From contig JAJDXD010000073.1 of NCBI GenBank assembly GCA_022823405.1, positions 7,430 through 71,429 on the forward strand: DNA of 64,000 nucleotides, read 5' to 3'. Source of the stretch: Gammaproteobacteria bacterium. Its GTDB lineage: Bacteria > Pseudomonadota > Gammaproteobacteria > Arenicellales > JAJDZL01. Below, one piece after another: positions 1 to 9,966 of the stretch. The notes beneath the pieces are model-generated. The model searched no databases. It worked only from the letters and a program-made list of their open reading frames with translations, and was not told the DNA's origin. The position numbers and the translations under genes were made by a program. Position 1 is the stretch's first letter. Each line of letters opens with the position of its first letter.

Positions 1-148
1 GGACGTTAACTCCGTTTGCCATGAGTGCCGAAGCGAGCGTGTCGCCCTGAAATCCGACATAATCCCTGCCATTGAATTTAAATTGCAGACTTTGCGTTCG
101 ATCAATGTAACCGCCGAATTCGAGCCTTTTTGAATTTGCCCGACTCAT
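1..148 (-). CDS. soxA: sarcosine oxidase alpha subunit, N-terminal fragment (continues beyond window start)
   Basis: Own translation from the ATG at 148 gives MSRANSKRLEFGGYIDRTQSLQFKFNGRDYVGFQGDTLASALMANGVNV. There is an ATGA overlap with the soxD stop. Its position after soxB-soxD fits the soxBDAG order. Confidence 0.75.
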   Translation of the reverse strand, partial: MSRANSKRLEFGGYIDRTQSLQFKFNGRDYVGFQGDTLASALMANGVNV

Positions 149-399
149 GAGTCAGTATCCCCATCCATGATCTCGTGTGTTGCGGTATCGCGCCGCAACT
201 TGAACCACTCGCCACAACCTTTTTCATGGCACCAGTATTCTTCTAAAATTCCGCGGCGATTGTCCGCCTGATAAAGGTATTCAAGCCAGGCTTCGTCACT
301 TTTGTCGATAAACTCACTACGCGGAGGCTTCACTGGACCGGCACACCGGAACTCCGTTTCAGCGCGTAATCCACACCATGGACAATGAATCAATAACAT
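145..399 (-). CDS. soxD: sarcosine oxidase delta subunit
   Basis: 84 aa with a Cys/His zinc-type motif (CPWCG ... CHEKGCGEWF) typical of SoxD. It sits between soxB and soxA. Confidence 0.85.
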   Translation of the reverse strand: MLLIHCPWCGLRAETEFRCAGPVKPPRSEFIDKSDEAWLEYLYQADNRRGILEEYWCHEKGCGEWFKLRRDTATHEIMDGDTDS

Positions 400-501
400 T
401 GAGTGGTTATCCTAACCAGCGAATTGAATAATTTTTGGATAAGTTTGATCGGACAGAATACAAAATTGTGAACAATATTCGGTTACTACTGCGCAGATCA
501 C

Positions 502-1764
502 TCAATCGGTCGGAACTGTCGTTCCACCTTCAAGCAGATAATTCAATGTGGAAAATCTCTCCATCCCGTACCCCGCTGCCAGCGGGTGCGGCTCATCGCG
601 TGCGATTAAGTGCGCAAATGTCATGCCACCGGCAGGAATGGCCTTGAATCCACCCCACCAACCGGCACTGACGTAGAATCCTTTAACTTCAGTTGCGGAA
701 ACGATCGGACTGCCATCCTGAGCGAATTCCAGGGCACCGCCCCACTGCCGCATCAACTTCAGCCGTCGGAAAGAAGGAAAAAGCTCAAGTAGCCCCGAAA
801 CAGTGTCTTCCAGCATTGGGAATTTGCCACCTTTTCTAAATGAAATCTGCTGCGCATCAGTTGCTCCACCAATCACTAACTCTCCCTTATCAGAATGGCT
901 GAGATATACCCCTAAATCAGGGCAATTGACGACAACATCAAGAACCGGTTTGATCGGTTCAGAAACAAATGCCTGTAGGTTGTAGCACCGAAGCGGGAGT
1001 CTCAAGTCAACCAGACTCGCCACTGCAGCGTTTTCGTTACCGGTTGCAATCGCTAATTTGTTGGTCTTTATTCGCCCTCGACTTGTCTCAATTGCAGTAA
1101 CCGCACCATCTTCGCCACGACGGATAGCCGTGACTTCGGCATTTTGAATAATGTCGACACCGTAAGAGTCGGCGCCTCTTGCATACCCCCATACGATCGC
1201 ATCATGCCTGGCGATACCGGCACGTTCCTGAACCGAACCACCTAAAATGGGCAAACGGCAGTTTTCCATAGGAGCCAGAATCGGAATTCGCTGCCTCACC
1301 TGGTCAGGCGTCAACATCTGAAATTCGATACCCAGTCGATTCATGTTGAGCGCGCGTCTTCTCATGTTGCGCATACTCACGGTAGTCAGTAGCACATCGA
1401 CTTCGCTACGCTGGCTGAGCATGATGTTGTAGTTGAGTTCCCGACTCAGTCCTTCATAGAGCTGCAACGACTTGTCAAAAAATTGAATGCTGATGTCACG
1501 CAGGTAATTGGATCGAACAACTGCAGTATTACGACCAGAATTACCACCACCAATCCAGTTTCTTTCAACCACAGCGACATTATGGATACCGTGGTTTTTC
1601 GCCAAATAATAGGCAGTAGCGAGACCATGCCCACCTCCACCGACGATGACTACATCGTATTGCTTCTTAGGCTGCGGATTTCGCCAGGCTGGTTTCCAAT
1701 TTCTGTGAGCGCGAACTGCGCCACCAATCAGAGTGAAAATTGAATATCGTTGATCTGAGCGCAC
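502..1764 (-). CDS. soxB: sarcosine oxidase beta subunit (FAD-dependent)
   Basis: 420 aa with the N-terminal dinucleotide fold YDVVIVGGGGHGLATAYYLA and a SoxB-like N-terminus (NWKPAWRNPQPKK). Confidence 0.9.
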   Translation of the reverse strand: MRSDQRYSIFTLIGGAVRAHRNWKPAWRNPQPKKQYDVVIVGGGGHGLATAYYLAKNHGIHNVAVVERNWIGGGNSGRNTAVVRSNYLRDISIQFFDKSLQLYEGLSRELNYNIMLSQRSEVDVLLTTVSMRNMRRRALNMNRLGIEFQMLTPDQVRQRIPILAPMENCRLPILGGSVQERAGIARHDAIVWGYARGADSYGVDIIQNAEVTAIRRGEDGAVTAIETSRGRIKTNKLAIATGNENAAVASLVDLRLPLRCYNLQAFVSEPIKPVLDVVVNCPDLGVYLSHSDKGELVIGGATDAQQISFRKGGKFPMLEDTVSGLLELFPSFRRLKLMRQWGGALEFAQDGSPIVSATEVKGFYVSAGWWGGFKAIPAGGMTFAHLIARDEPHPLAAGYGMERFSTLNYLLEGGTTVPTD

Positions 1765-1769
1765 AGCAG

Positions 1770-2546
1770 TTAGTGCTGCAATATCTGGCTGAGGAAAAGC
1801 TCTGTTCGCTCACTCTTGGGGTTGGTGAAAAATTCAGTAGGAGGAGCTACTTCGACGATTTCGCCATGATCCATGAAGACCATCGTATCTGCAACTTGTT
1901 TGGCAAATCCCATCTCGTGCGTGACCACCATCATGGTCATTCCGCCTTCCGCCAACTCCACCATAATATCCAATACGCCGGATATCATTTCAGGGTCGAG
2001 GGCAGATGTCGGTTCATCGAACAGCATCACATCCGGGTGCATACACAACGATCGAGCAATCGCAACTCGTTGCTGTTGACCGCCAGACAGCTGACTCGGG
2101 TACTTTTTGGCCTGCTCAGCAATGCGAACCTTTTCCAAGTGGTGCATCGCTCTTTCTTCCGCTTCTTTTTTTGATACTTTTAAATTACGGATCGGTCCTA
2201 ACATCAGGTTCTGAATCACTGTGATGTGAGGAAACAGATTAAAGTTCTGAAACACCATACCGACTTTACGGCGAATGTCCTGCAATGACTTTGGGTCATT
2301 TTGGACGACAACTCCGTCGATCAGAATTTCACCGGCTTCGAAGGTCTCAAGCTGGTTGACGCACCGTATCATCGTTGATTTACCAGAACCGGACGGGCCA
2401 CAAACGACCACTCGCTCACCTGCATGGATTGTCAGGTTGATGTCCCATAGCGCACAAAAATCACCGTACCATTTGCCTACGTTAACAAATTTCAAAAGTT
2501 CCCTGCGCGACGGATCGGAATTCTTCATATCTGCATGGTCTGTCAT
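1770..2546 (-). CDS. polar amino acid ABC transporter ATP-binding protein
   Basis: Walker [10 protein letters not shown], signature [13 protein letters not shown] and Walker [12 protein letters not shown]. The start is moved to the ATG at 2546, which has an AGGAG Shine-Dalgarno about 7 nt upstream. The stop lies 5 nt before the soxB start. Confidence 0.9.
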   Translation of the reverse strand: MTDHADMKNSDPSRRELLKFVNVGKWYGDFCALWDINLTIHAGERVVVCGPSGSGKSTMIRCVNQLETFEAGEILIDGVVVQNDPKSLQDIRRKVGMVFQNFNLFPHITVIQNLMLGPIRNLKVSKKEAEERAMHHLEKVRIAEQAKKYPSQLSGGQQQRVAIARSLCMHPDVMLFDEPTSALDPEMISGVLDIMVELAEGGMTMMVVTHEMGFAKQVADTMVFMDHGEIVEVAPPTEFFTNPKSERTELFLSQILQH

Positions 2547-2556
2547 TACAACACTC

Positions 2557-3468
2557 CTAGGTTCTTTGAATTCCCAAGCCGAATCGCTCAAATCTCTGGA
2601 ACAAAACCGCGAGCGGAAAACACATCATGAAATACAAGGCAGCTGTAATCATCCAGGCTTCGAAAAAGTGGGTCGTGGTATTGGAAACATCCTGAGTAAG
2701 AAAAGTTAATTCCTGAACTGAGATCAACGACACGATACTCGAATCTTTCACCAACGTAATAAATTGTCCAGCCAATGGCGGCAGGATCGTGCGCAGCGCC
2801 TGTGGCATGATGACATCGCTCAGCACACGAAAGCGAGAGAGTCCGATTGCACGAGCGGCTTCCCATTGACCCTTGTCGATGGATTGAATTCCTGCCCGCA
2901 CAATTTCAGTTATGTATGCACCTTCAAAAACCGCCAGACAGATGAGCCCGGCAAGAAAGTTGGTGAATAAATCGGTGGGGCCGAACAACACCTCCATTAC
3001 CGCGAGAGTTCCCGGCGAAAAGGTTTGCTCAATTCTATCCAGTCCCAACAAAGGAATAATCTGACTGCTGATAAAGAAGTAAAAAACGAAAATGAAAACC
3101 ACCGGCGGAATGTTCCGGATCAGTTCCACGTACAGCCGGCTGCCAAGTTTCAGGAAAAGGCTGTTACTGACCCGACACAGGCCCATGACGATTCCGATTA
3201 CGGCGGCAATGATGGTGCCCCAAAATGCGAGACGCAGCGTCATCGCGACACCCTTCAGAAATAAATTGGGGAATATTTCACCTGTGATTTCGTCAACTCG
3301 AATGACGTACTCGAAAACCAGCGCCCAATCCCAGGTATATACCAGGACATGCTCCACCCGGTGATATGTGTATATCAACACTACAATGACAACGCTGATT
3401 ATTGCGATGTCGAGTAGCGTAACTCGCCTGGTTTTTTCAGCCGGGGGCGGCAGTCGAGCTTCATTCAT
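2557..3468 (-). CDS. amino acid ABC transporter permease (His/Glu/Gln/Arg/opine family)
   Basis: 303 aa multi-TM protein with a permease EAA-like region ([22 protein letters not shown]). Confidence 0.85.
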   Translation of the reverse strand: MNEARLPPPAEKTRRVTLLDIAIISVVIVVLIYTYHRVEHVLVYTWDWALVFEYVIRVDEITGEIFPNLFLKGVAMTLRLAFWGTIIAAVIGIVMGLCRVSNSLFLKLGSRLYVELIRNIPPVVFIFVFYFFISSQIIPLLGLDRIEQTFSPGTLAVMEVLFGPTDLFTNFLAGLICLAVFEGAYITEIVRAGIQSIDKGQWEAARAIGLSRFRVLSDVIMPQALRTILPPLAGQFITLVKDSSIVSLISVQELTFLTQDVSNTTTHFFEAWMITAALYFMMCFPLAVLFQRFERFGLGIQRT

Positions 3469-3534
3469 GTCAAACTATCAGAAGTTATGTGTTTCCCCAG
3501 TGAGTTGCCGGGGAAACACATAAATCAAACAACC

Positions 3535-4359
3535 TTACTGTTCTTCTACCTGGTCTTTCCACGTCTGTGCCTTAAACCAGAAATCATGGCGCTCTTTCAA
3601 CCAACCGTTGCTCGTGTTTACGACAATCCAGTTGCTGAAGAAATTGAGCGCATCCGGGTCTCCCTTACGGAGTGCAAAGGCTTCATCTCCAGTCGTCAGG
3701 TTCTCATCAGTTGGCATGAAAAGCTTGCCTGGGTAGTTGCCCATCCAAAAGCGTGGCTTTGGTGCCGATGAAATCATTGCATGTGCATTCCCGTTGACAA
3801 CTTCCTGAAAGGCTTGAGCATCATCATCGAACCGGGCAAGGCTTGCCTTCGGAAAAAGCTCTTGCGCCGCATTACAGGGTGTCGCGCCGCGACGACATGC
3901 AATTGTTACGTCTGACGCATTGAAGTCTTCGACTGCAAACCCTTCTGCCAACTCGATATTAGCGACCATCTGTTGCCCAGAATGCGCATATGGTGCAGTG
4001 AAATTTACAGTCAGATTGCGTTGCGCGGTGATAGACATACCCCCAATGATCACATCAAACTTTCGAGCAATCAAAGCGGGAATGATTCCGGACCAAGCAG
4101 TGGGAACAAATTCGACTTGCACACCCATGTCTTCAGCAACCTTTGTTGCAACATCGATCTCAAAGCCAATCAGGTCACCCTTCTTGTCTCGCATCGCCCA
4201 AGGTACAAAGGTGGACATGCCAACTCGAAGCGTACCGCGCTTTTTGATTTCTTCCAAGACACTTTCAGCAGCCAACTCCTGCGACGCCGCACCGGCCATC
4301 GCTGAAAACGCAAGCGCGAAAGCTGTAAACATCGTAACGAAAAGGTTTCTTAGTTTCAT
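3535..4359 (-). CDS. periplasmic amino acid-binding protein (SBP family 3)
   Basis: 274 aa with the signal peptide MKLRNLFVTMFTAFALAFSAMAGA and SBP_bac_3-like sequence (GFEIDVA, IIGGMSIT). Confidence 0.85.
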   Translation of the reverse strand: MKLRNLFVTMFTAFALAFSAMAGAASQELAAESVLEEIKKRGTLRVGMSTFVPWAMRDKKGDLIGFEIDVATKVAEDMGVQVEFVPTAWSGIIPALIARKFDVIIGGMSITAQRNLTVNFTAPYAHSGQQMVANIELAEGFAVEDFNASDVTIACRRGATPCNAAQELFPKASLARFDDDAQAFQEVVNGNAHAMISSAPKPRFWMGNYPGKLFMPTDENLTTGDEAFALRKGDPDALNFFSNWIVVNTSNGWLKERHDFWFKAQTWKDQVEEQ

Positions 4360-4389
4360 ATTTAACTTTCTCCTAAAAAATAAATGACG

Positions 4390-5235
4390 TTACCGTCCAC
4401 GCATGGCTCTTGTCTCCATCCATGAAACGAATAACGAGAGTGATACAGTCACGACAAGATAAATCCCAGCAACTGTAAACCAGATTTCGAATGCCATAAA
4501 GGTCTCCGAAATAATGTTCAATCCTTCTGTCGTCAAATCTGCAACTGCAATCACGCTAACGATTGCTGAGTGCTTGATCAGATTGATGATCAAACCAGTC
4601 ATTGGCGGAAGGATGATCGGGATCGCTTGTGGAAGTATCACATCCCGATACATGTTGACGCGACTAAAGCCGAGTGCCTTGGCCGCTTCAGACTGTCCGC
4701 GAGATACTGATTGAATACCTGCGCGAATGATTTCTGCTGCAAACGAGCCCTCAAAAAAGCTCAGACACAGCACCCCGGTCCAGAACCGGTCGATTCCAAA
4801 AATTGGTGCAAAAATGAAATAGAACAGGAAAAGTTGAACAAGCAGCGGTGTATTGCGAATTGATTCAAGATAGAGATTCGCAATCAGTTTGCCTGAAAAT
4901 GAATTCGACATCCTCAGCAGTGCAGTAACCAACCCGATTACCACTGACAGCACCATGCTGACTGCAGTAATCTCGAAGGTGACCATCAGTCCCTTCATTA
5001 ACGCCCCCCAAATCAATTCACCATCAACAACCCGATAAATGAATTGCTCGACTCGATACCACTGCCAGTTGTATTGCATGGCGTCCGCCCCCTTATAGAT
5101 GACCCATGTAGTCAGTCCTCCAAGCAACAGCAGTTGCCCGAGGTCAATAAGGGGAGACTTTCGAGTAAACAGAATACTCGGTGTGGGCGGCCGGATTCTA
5201 TGCCCTGTCGCCGATTGTGCAGATTTATCCGCCAT
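4390..5235 (-). CDS. amino acid ABC transporter permease
   Basis: 281 aa and multi-TM, with the motif EAAKALGFSRVNMYRDVILPQA. It is a paralog of the 2557-3468 permease. Confidence 0.85.
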   Translation of the reverse strand: MADKSAQSATGHRIRPPTPSILFTRKSPLIDLGQLLLLGGLTTWVIYKGADAMQYNWQWYRVEQFIYRVVDGELIWGALMKGLMVTFEITAVSMVLSVVIGLVTALLRMSNSFSGKLIANLYLESIRNTPLLVQLFLFYFIFAPIFGIDRFWTGVLCLSFFEGSFAAEIIRAGIQSVSRGQSEAAKALGFSRVNMYRDVILPQAIPIILPPMTGLIINLIKHSAIVSVIAVADLTTEGLNIISETFMAFEIWFTVAGIYLVVTVSLSLFVSWMETRAMRGR

Positions 5236-5326
5236 TTCGAATGTGTTGGTAGTCGCCGCTGTTATATCGATTGTTTTCGCGGCTTGAATCGAATTTTTAA
5301 TTTGTTTTAGTTACAAAAGACTCAGC

Positions 5327-5914
5327 TCATTCCTGAAGATGTGATTGTAACCGAGATTTCAGTGCGTTTCGAAATATTACTCGGGTTTGTTCACTGTGAA
5401 GTGTAGCGTAATCCAGTGGATAGAACTCTCCAGGTTCGATATGCATGCAAACAAGCACCGGGCCTTCTAAATCCAAAATTCCTTCGATCTCTGAATTGAA
5501 CTGACCGATGTCATCGAAGGAAAATGCGTATCTGTACCCTGCCGCAATCGCCATTTGATCGAATTTGATGGTTGTCGCTGCAGGAATCGGATATTTTCCG
5601 TTCACTTCATACATGTTATTCTGGCTTACAAAATGAAAAAAGTTCCTCGGTGCCATATTGGCAACTGTCACCAGCGAGCCGAGATTCATTAGCAGACTGC
5701 CGTCACCGTCCAATACGACTACTTTTTCATCCGGGACGCCCAACGCCAACCCCAATCCGTGCGAAGATGCCTGACCCATCGCACCAGTGCACAGATAGTT
5801 CAGGTCATGAGGCCTGATGTGCATCCAGTCAAACGCCGTCTGATAGACAGCAACTACAATACCGTCCGGATAGTGCCGGGCCAGCGCCTGTAGCGCCTGA
5901 TCTCGTTTCATCAT
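5327..5914 (-). CDS. TPP-dependent 2-oxoacid decarboxylase beta subunit (sulfopyruvate/phosphonopyruvate decarboxylase-like)
   Basis: 195 aa with the TPP-binding motif VLDGDGSLLMNLGSLVTVAN. It represents the C-terminal half of a split decarboxylase, ComE-like. Confidence 0.7.
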   Translation of the reverse strand: MMKRDQALQALARHYPDGIVVAVYQTAFDWMHIRPHDLNYLCTGAMGQASSHGLGLALGVPDEKVVVLDGDGSLLMNLGSLVTVANMAPRNFFHFVSQNNMYEVNGKYPIPAATTIKFDQMAIAAGYRYAFSFDDIGQFNSEIEGILDLEGPVLVCMHIEPGEFYPLDYATLHSEQTRVIFRNALKSRLQSHLQE

Positions 5915-5920
5915 GCTGAA

Positions 5921-6427
5921 TCAGACTGGCGGATTAGGTACAAATATTGCGCAAGGTGAAGAGTTCTCGTATGCGGTCTCAATCATCTCAACAATCGAGA
6001 TGGCGCTCTCCTCGTCCGTGATAAATGCATAACAAAGTTCCAAGGCATCACAAATTGGTGCTAGTGCACGAATGCCAATACTTTTTGACTGATTCGGATG
6101 CGTATCGGGATCAGAACCTTGCAGTCCTACTACCATGACAACCGGTAGCTGGTATTCCACTGCAATCGCGCGTATTGCATTAATTGAATCCAGAAAGCCG
6201 GTATGCTGAATCAAAAGCAGTGCACGCTGCCCACAGAAAGAAAGGCTTGCACAAATCGAAACTCCCTCATCTTCCTTGCAGACTGGAATAAACATGAAAT
6301 TGGGGTTCGATGACAGTGGCCAGAGCACTGTATCGCAGGTAACAATATCCGGCAGCGCAACAATAGACTGAATTCCGGCATCCTCGAAAGCCTTGATAAT
6401 TGAAGCCCCTTTGATCGGTAGCGTCAT
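5921..6427 (-). CDS. TPP-dependent 2-oxoacid decarboxylase alpha subunit (ComD-like PYR domain)
   Basis: The start is set at MTLPIKGASIIKAFEDAGI (ATG at 6427), giving an ATGA overlap with the aminotransferase stop. The sequence is an N-terminal pyrimidine-binding domain. Confidence 0.7.
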   Translation of the reverse strand: MTLPIKGASIIKAFEDAGIQSIVALPDIVTCDTVLWPLSSNPNFMFIPVCKEDEGVSICASLSFCGQRALLLIQHTGFLDSINAIRAIAVEYQLPVVMVVGLQGSDPDTHPNQSKSIGIRALAPICDALELCYAFITDEESAISIVEMIETAYENSSPCAIFVPNPPV

Positions 6428-7539
6428 GATGTCCTCGCTTCTTGAGCCGTAGCGGGCCCGTTGATCAAGTCCTGAAGGACGTGTGAAACCTCTTTCATCT
6501 GAGAAGGTGTTCCAATCGTAAATCGAATGCAATCGGAAAACGCGTCAGATGCCAGGCGACGGGTGAAGATTCCCTGTGCCAATAACTCACGGTGCAGGTC
6601 GGATGCCACTACCAGCTCTGGTGGAAATTTTGCCAGTAAAAAATTGGTCTGGGAAGGAAATACACGGGCACCCAATCGCTCTAGAGTGGCAGCGAACGTC
6701 TGGCGCCCCTTCAAGTTGCGTTCAAAGACACTCTTCGTGTATTCACGGTCTGCCATTGCTGCTTTGGCGCACTCAAATGCGACATTCGAAATCGGAAAAG
6801 TCATTCCGATTTTTCGAATCGCATCAGTAATCCGTTTCGGTGCGTACATCCATCCCAAGCGCAATCCAGCAAGGCCGTAAATCTTTGAAAATGTTCTTGT
6901 CATTACCACATTTTCATTTTCTTCAACAAGAGAGACCGGGTCTCCAAATTCATCGTCATCGACATATTCGAGATAGGCAGAATCCAGTATCAGGAGGACG
7001 CTGGACGGCAGATTCTGCTGCAGTCGCCTGACTTCAGACCCACTTACCCAAGTACCAGAGGGATTATCGGGATTTGCGATCATGACGATTCGAGTTTTGG
7101 ACGACACACAACTCAAAACTTCATCGACATTTGTCGTAAAGTCGCTATCGTTTGCACGAACAGGAACAGCATCATTAGCGTACGCGTAGTTTGGAATTTT
7201 CTGATAGCCATTGATACTGCAGATTAATTCATCGCCCGGTCTTAGAAATGCACGAGCGAGTCTTGCCAGCAAGTCATCGGAACCGTTCCCACAAACAACA
7301 CCGTCAGGACTGAGTGCATGATGATGAGCAACGCGTTCGGTTAAAGCAGCTTCCGCACCATCAGCATATCGTTCCATACTCTGAATCGCTTCGGTGGCAG
7401 CAGCTATCGCCAAGTCAGCTGGGCCAAATGCACTTTCATTGGAAGCAATATTGATACGAGTTCCAGCTAGTGCTTTATCGTCCGCTGCAACCATGTGCGG
7501 CTTTATGCTCTCTAGGCCGGGACGCAGTTCAGGGGTCAT
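6424..7539 (-). CDS. class I/II PLP aminotransferase (histidinol-phosphate aminotransferase-like)
   Basis: 371 aa with HisC-family motifs (NESAFGP, NPDNPSG, FSKIYGLAGLRLGW with the PLP lysine). Confidence 0.8.
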   Translation of the reverse strand: MTPELRPGLESIKPHMVAADDKALAGTRINIASNESAFGPADLAIAAATEAIQSMERYADGAEAALTERVAHHHALSPDGVVCGNGSDDLLARLARAFLRPGDELICSINGYQKIPNYAYANDAVPVRANDSDFTTNVDEVLSCVSSKTRIVMIANPDNPSGTWVSGSEVRRLQQNLPSSVLLILDSAYLEYVDDDEFGDPVSLVEENENVVMTRTFSKIYGLAGLRLGWMYAPKRITDAIRKIGMTFPISNVAFECAKAAMADREYTKSVFERNLKGRQTFAATLERLGARVFPSQTNFLLAKFPPELVVASDLHRELLAQGIFTRRLASDAFSDCIRFTIGTPSQMKEVSHVLQDLINGPATAQEARTS

Positions 7540-7704
7540 GGGTGACGAAGAAAATTAAGAAATGTTGAAACTGGTCGAATAGAAGCCTTTTATTTTCTCA
7601 AAATCATCGTCGATTCTGAGAATAATTTATCGAAAGCCAAAATTTAGTTGTTGATATTTGTTTAATAACTCGTAGTTTGTGAGCTTAAGACCGCTACCAT
7701 TTTT

Positions 7705-8871
7705 TCAATACGATCTAGGCAACTCCAAAACATGTTCTGAGAGATAGCTCAAAATCAGATTGGTTGAAATCGGCGCGACCTGGTACAGCCGTGTTTCTCG
7801 AAACTTTCTTTCTACGTCAAATTCTTCGGCAAATCCAAATCCTCCATGCGTTTGCAGACAAGCCTCTGCAGCCTCCCACGAAGCATCAGCAGCCAGCAGC
7901 TTCGCCAGATTCGCCTCTTCACCGGGATTTGCACCTTCATCGAATAATCTCGCCGCTTCCCTAAGCATCAACTCAGCAGCCCGCATTTCTGCGTACGCTC
8001 TGGCAATTGGAAACTGTATTCCCTGGTTCTGTCCGATCGGGCGACTGAACACCACGCGTTCGTTGGCATAGGTCACTGCCCTTTCGACAAACCATTTCGC
8101 ATCGCCGATACACTCCGCAGCAATTAATATCCGCTCGGCATTCATACCAGAGAGAATGTACTGAAATCCCTTTCCCTCCTCTCCGATCAAGGCATCAGCG
8201 GGAACCTCCATGTCCTCAAAAAACACTTCCGTCGTTGAGTGATTCATCATGGTGCGAACCGGACGAATCATTAACTGTGATTCTGGTATTTTCCGAGTAT
8301 CAACCAGGAGGGTTGACAACCCGTCGCTTCGCTTTTTCACCTGATCAATTGGTGTTGTACGACACAATAACAGCATCAGATCAGAGTGTTCGGCTCGGGA
8401 GGTCCAGATTTTCTGACCATTCACGATATAGCGGTCACCGGAGCGAATTGCAGTGGTGTGCAATGATGATGTGTCGGTCCCGCTGCCAGGTTCAGTCACA
8501 CCGAACGCCTGAAGCCGAATGGAACCATTTGCGATGCCGGGCAGATATTTCTCCTTTTGTTCTTTTGACCCGTGCCGCAGTACCGTTCCCATCATATACA
8601 TCTGAGCATGGCACGCAGCAGCATTGCCTCCAGATCGGTGAACTTCCTCCAGAATGGCGGCAGCGGCTGAAATTGGCAGTTCGTAGCCACCATACTGCTG
8701 CGGAATTAGCGCGCCAAGATACCCAGAAGACGTCAGTGCATCGACAAACTCTTCGGGATATGAGCGATTCCGGTCACAGATTTGCCAGTAGTCCGATCCA
8801 AAATCGAGACAGAGTTTCCGGACTCCATCGCGTATGTCCTGGTGGTCAAGCTGATAATTCATGTCTAACAA
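7705..8871 (-). CDS. acyl-CoA dehydrogenase family protein
   Basis: 388 aa with ACAD N, middle and C-terminal domains (AFGVTEPGSGTD, QTHGGFGFAEEFDVER). Confidence 0.85.
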   Translation of the reverse strand: MLDMNYQLDHQDIRDGVRKLCLDFGSDYWQICDRNRSYPEEFVDALTSSGYLGALIPQQYGGYELPISAAAAILEEVHRSGGNAAACHAQMYMMGTVLRHGSKEQKEKYLPGIANGSIRLQAFGVTEPGSGTDTSSLHTTAIRSGDRYIVNGQKIWTSRAEHSDLMLLLCRTTPIDQVKKRSDGLSTLLVDTRKIPESQLMIRPVRTMMNHSTTEVFFEDMEVPADALIGEEGKGFQYILSGMNAERILIAAECIGDAKWFVERAVTYANERVVFSRPIGQNQGIQFPIARAYAEMRAAELMLREAARLFDEGANPGEEANLAKLLAADASWEAAEACLQTHGGFGFAEEFDVERKFRETRLYQVAPISTNLILSYLSEHVLELPRSY

Positions 8872-9058
8872 GTATGCTGCGCGAAGGTGACTGCAGGGTT
8901 TCGATAAAAATATCGTGCGGAAATTGTGTTAGCGGAATAGATTCGATTTTATCACCCGTTTGAATTTCAGTCCGTTCAGCAAAACAATATTCATGTGATG
9001 CCGATGCCAACAAAGACATTTTCATGCCACTGATACTATTGATTGATAGGGGATAATA

Positions 9059-9913
9059 GTGAGTGAAACTCAATGCCTCGTCTATGAGAATTTAAAAATC
9101 ATGCCACAAGCGCTTTTATCTTCTGAAAACTACCATACGTTGTTGATTGAATCAATCAGTGACCACATTTTCATCGTAACTTTAAACCGACCACAGGCTT
9201 CGAACGCCTTCAACACCCAGATGGTCCGGGAAATTTATCAGTTGTTTGAAGGAATTGCGCTAGATCAGACTGATTACCGCTGTATTGTCGTTACTGGTGC
9301 CGGGAAACGGGCATTTTGTGCGGGTGCCGATTTAAAGGAAAGGCGCTCAATGGACGACTCAGTCTGGTTGAGACAACACCTGGAAATCGAACGCATGGTG
9401 AGAGCGATCAAAGACTGCCCCATTCCCGTTATCGGAGCAGTCAATGGTGCAGCTTACGGTGGAGGATGTGAACTGGCATGTTTAATGGATTTTCTCTATG
9501 CTTCAGAAACTGCACGATTTGCGCTTCCGGAAACTGGGCTCGGAATCATTCCAGGTGCCGGCGGAACTCAAACATTACCGCGTACTGTTGGAGAACGTCG
9601 CGCCAAAGAGATTGTTCTGACCGGAAGGTCATTTACCGCACATGAGGCACTCGAGTGGGGTCTGGTCAATCAAGTCGTGCCAATTGATCAACTGTTAAGT
9701 TCGGCCATTGAAACAGCAGAAATAATTTCTGCCAACGCACCCATCGCGATCCGTCAAGCTAAAGAGTCCATTCAAAAAGGAATGCAAATGAGCCTGTCCG
9801 AGGCACTGGCGTTTGAAATCCAAGCCTACAACCGAACAGTACCGACCCGCGACCGGCGTGAAGGTATCCAGGCATTCAATGAAAAACGCAGACCAAAATT
9901 CGAGGGAAACTAA
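9059..9913 (+). CDS. enoyl-CoA hydratase/isomerase (crotonase) family protein
   Basis: Contains the crotonase motifs FCAGADLKE and GAAYGGGCELA. The GTG start has AGGGGA upstream; an alternative ATG lies at 9101. Confidence 0.85.
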   Translation: MSETQCLVYENLKIMPQALLSSENYHTLLIESISDHIFIVTLNRPQASNAFNTQMVREIYQLFEGIALDQTDYRCIVVTGAGKRAFCAGADLKERRSMDDSVWLRQHLEIERMVRAIKDCPIPVIGAVNGAAYGGGCELACLMDFLYASETARFALPETGLGIIPGAGGTQTLPRTVGERRAKEIVLTGRSFTAHEALEWGLVNQVVPIDQLLSSAIETAEIISANAPIAIRQAKESIQKGMQMSLSEALAFEIQAYNRTVPTRDRREGIQAFNEKRRPKFEGN

Positions 9914-9966
9914 GCGACGTGAAGTTGGTGATTAATGCAGCACTGACTTGATTGCACTGCGCTAAC

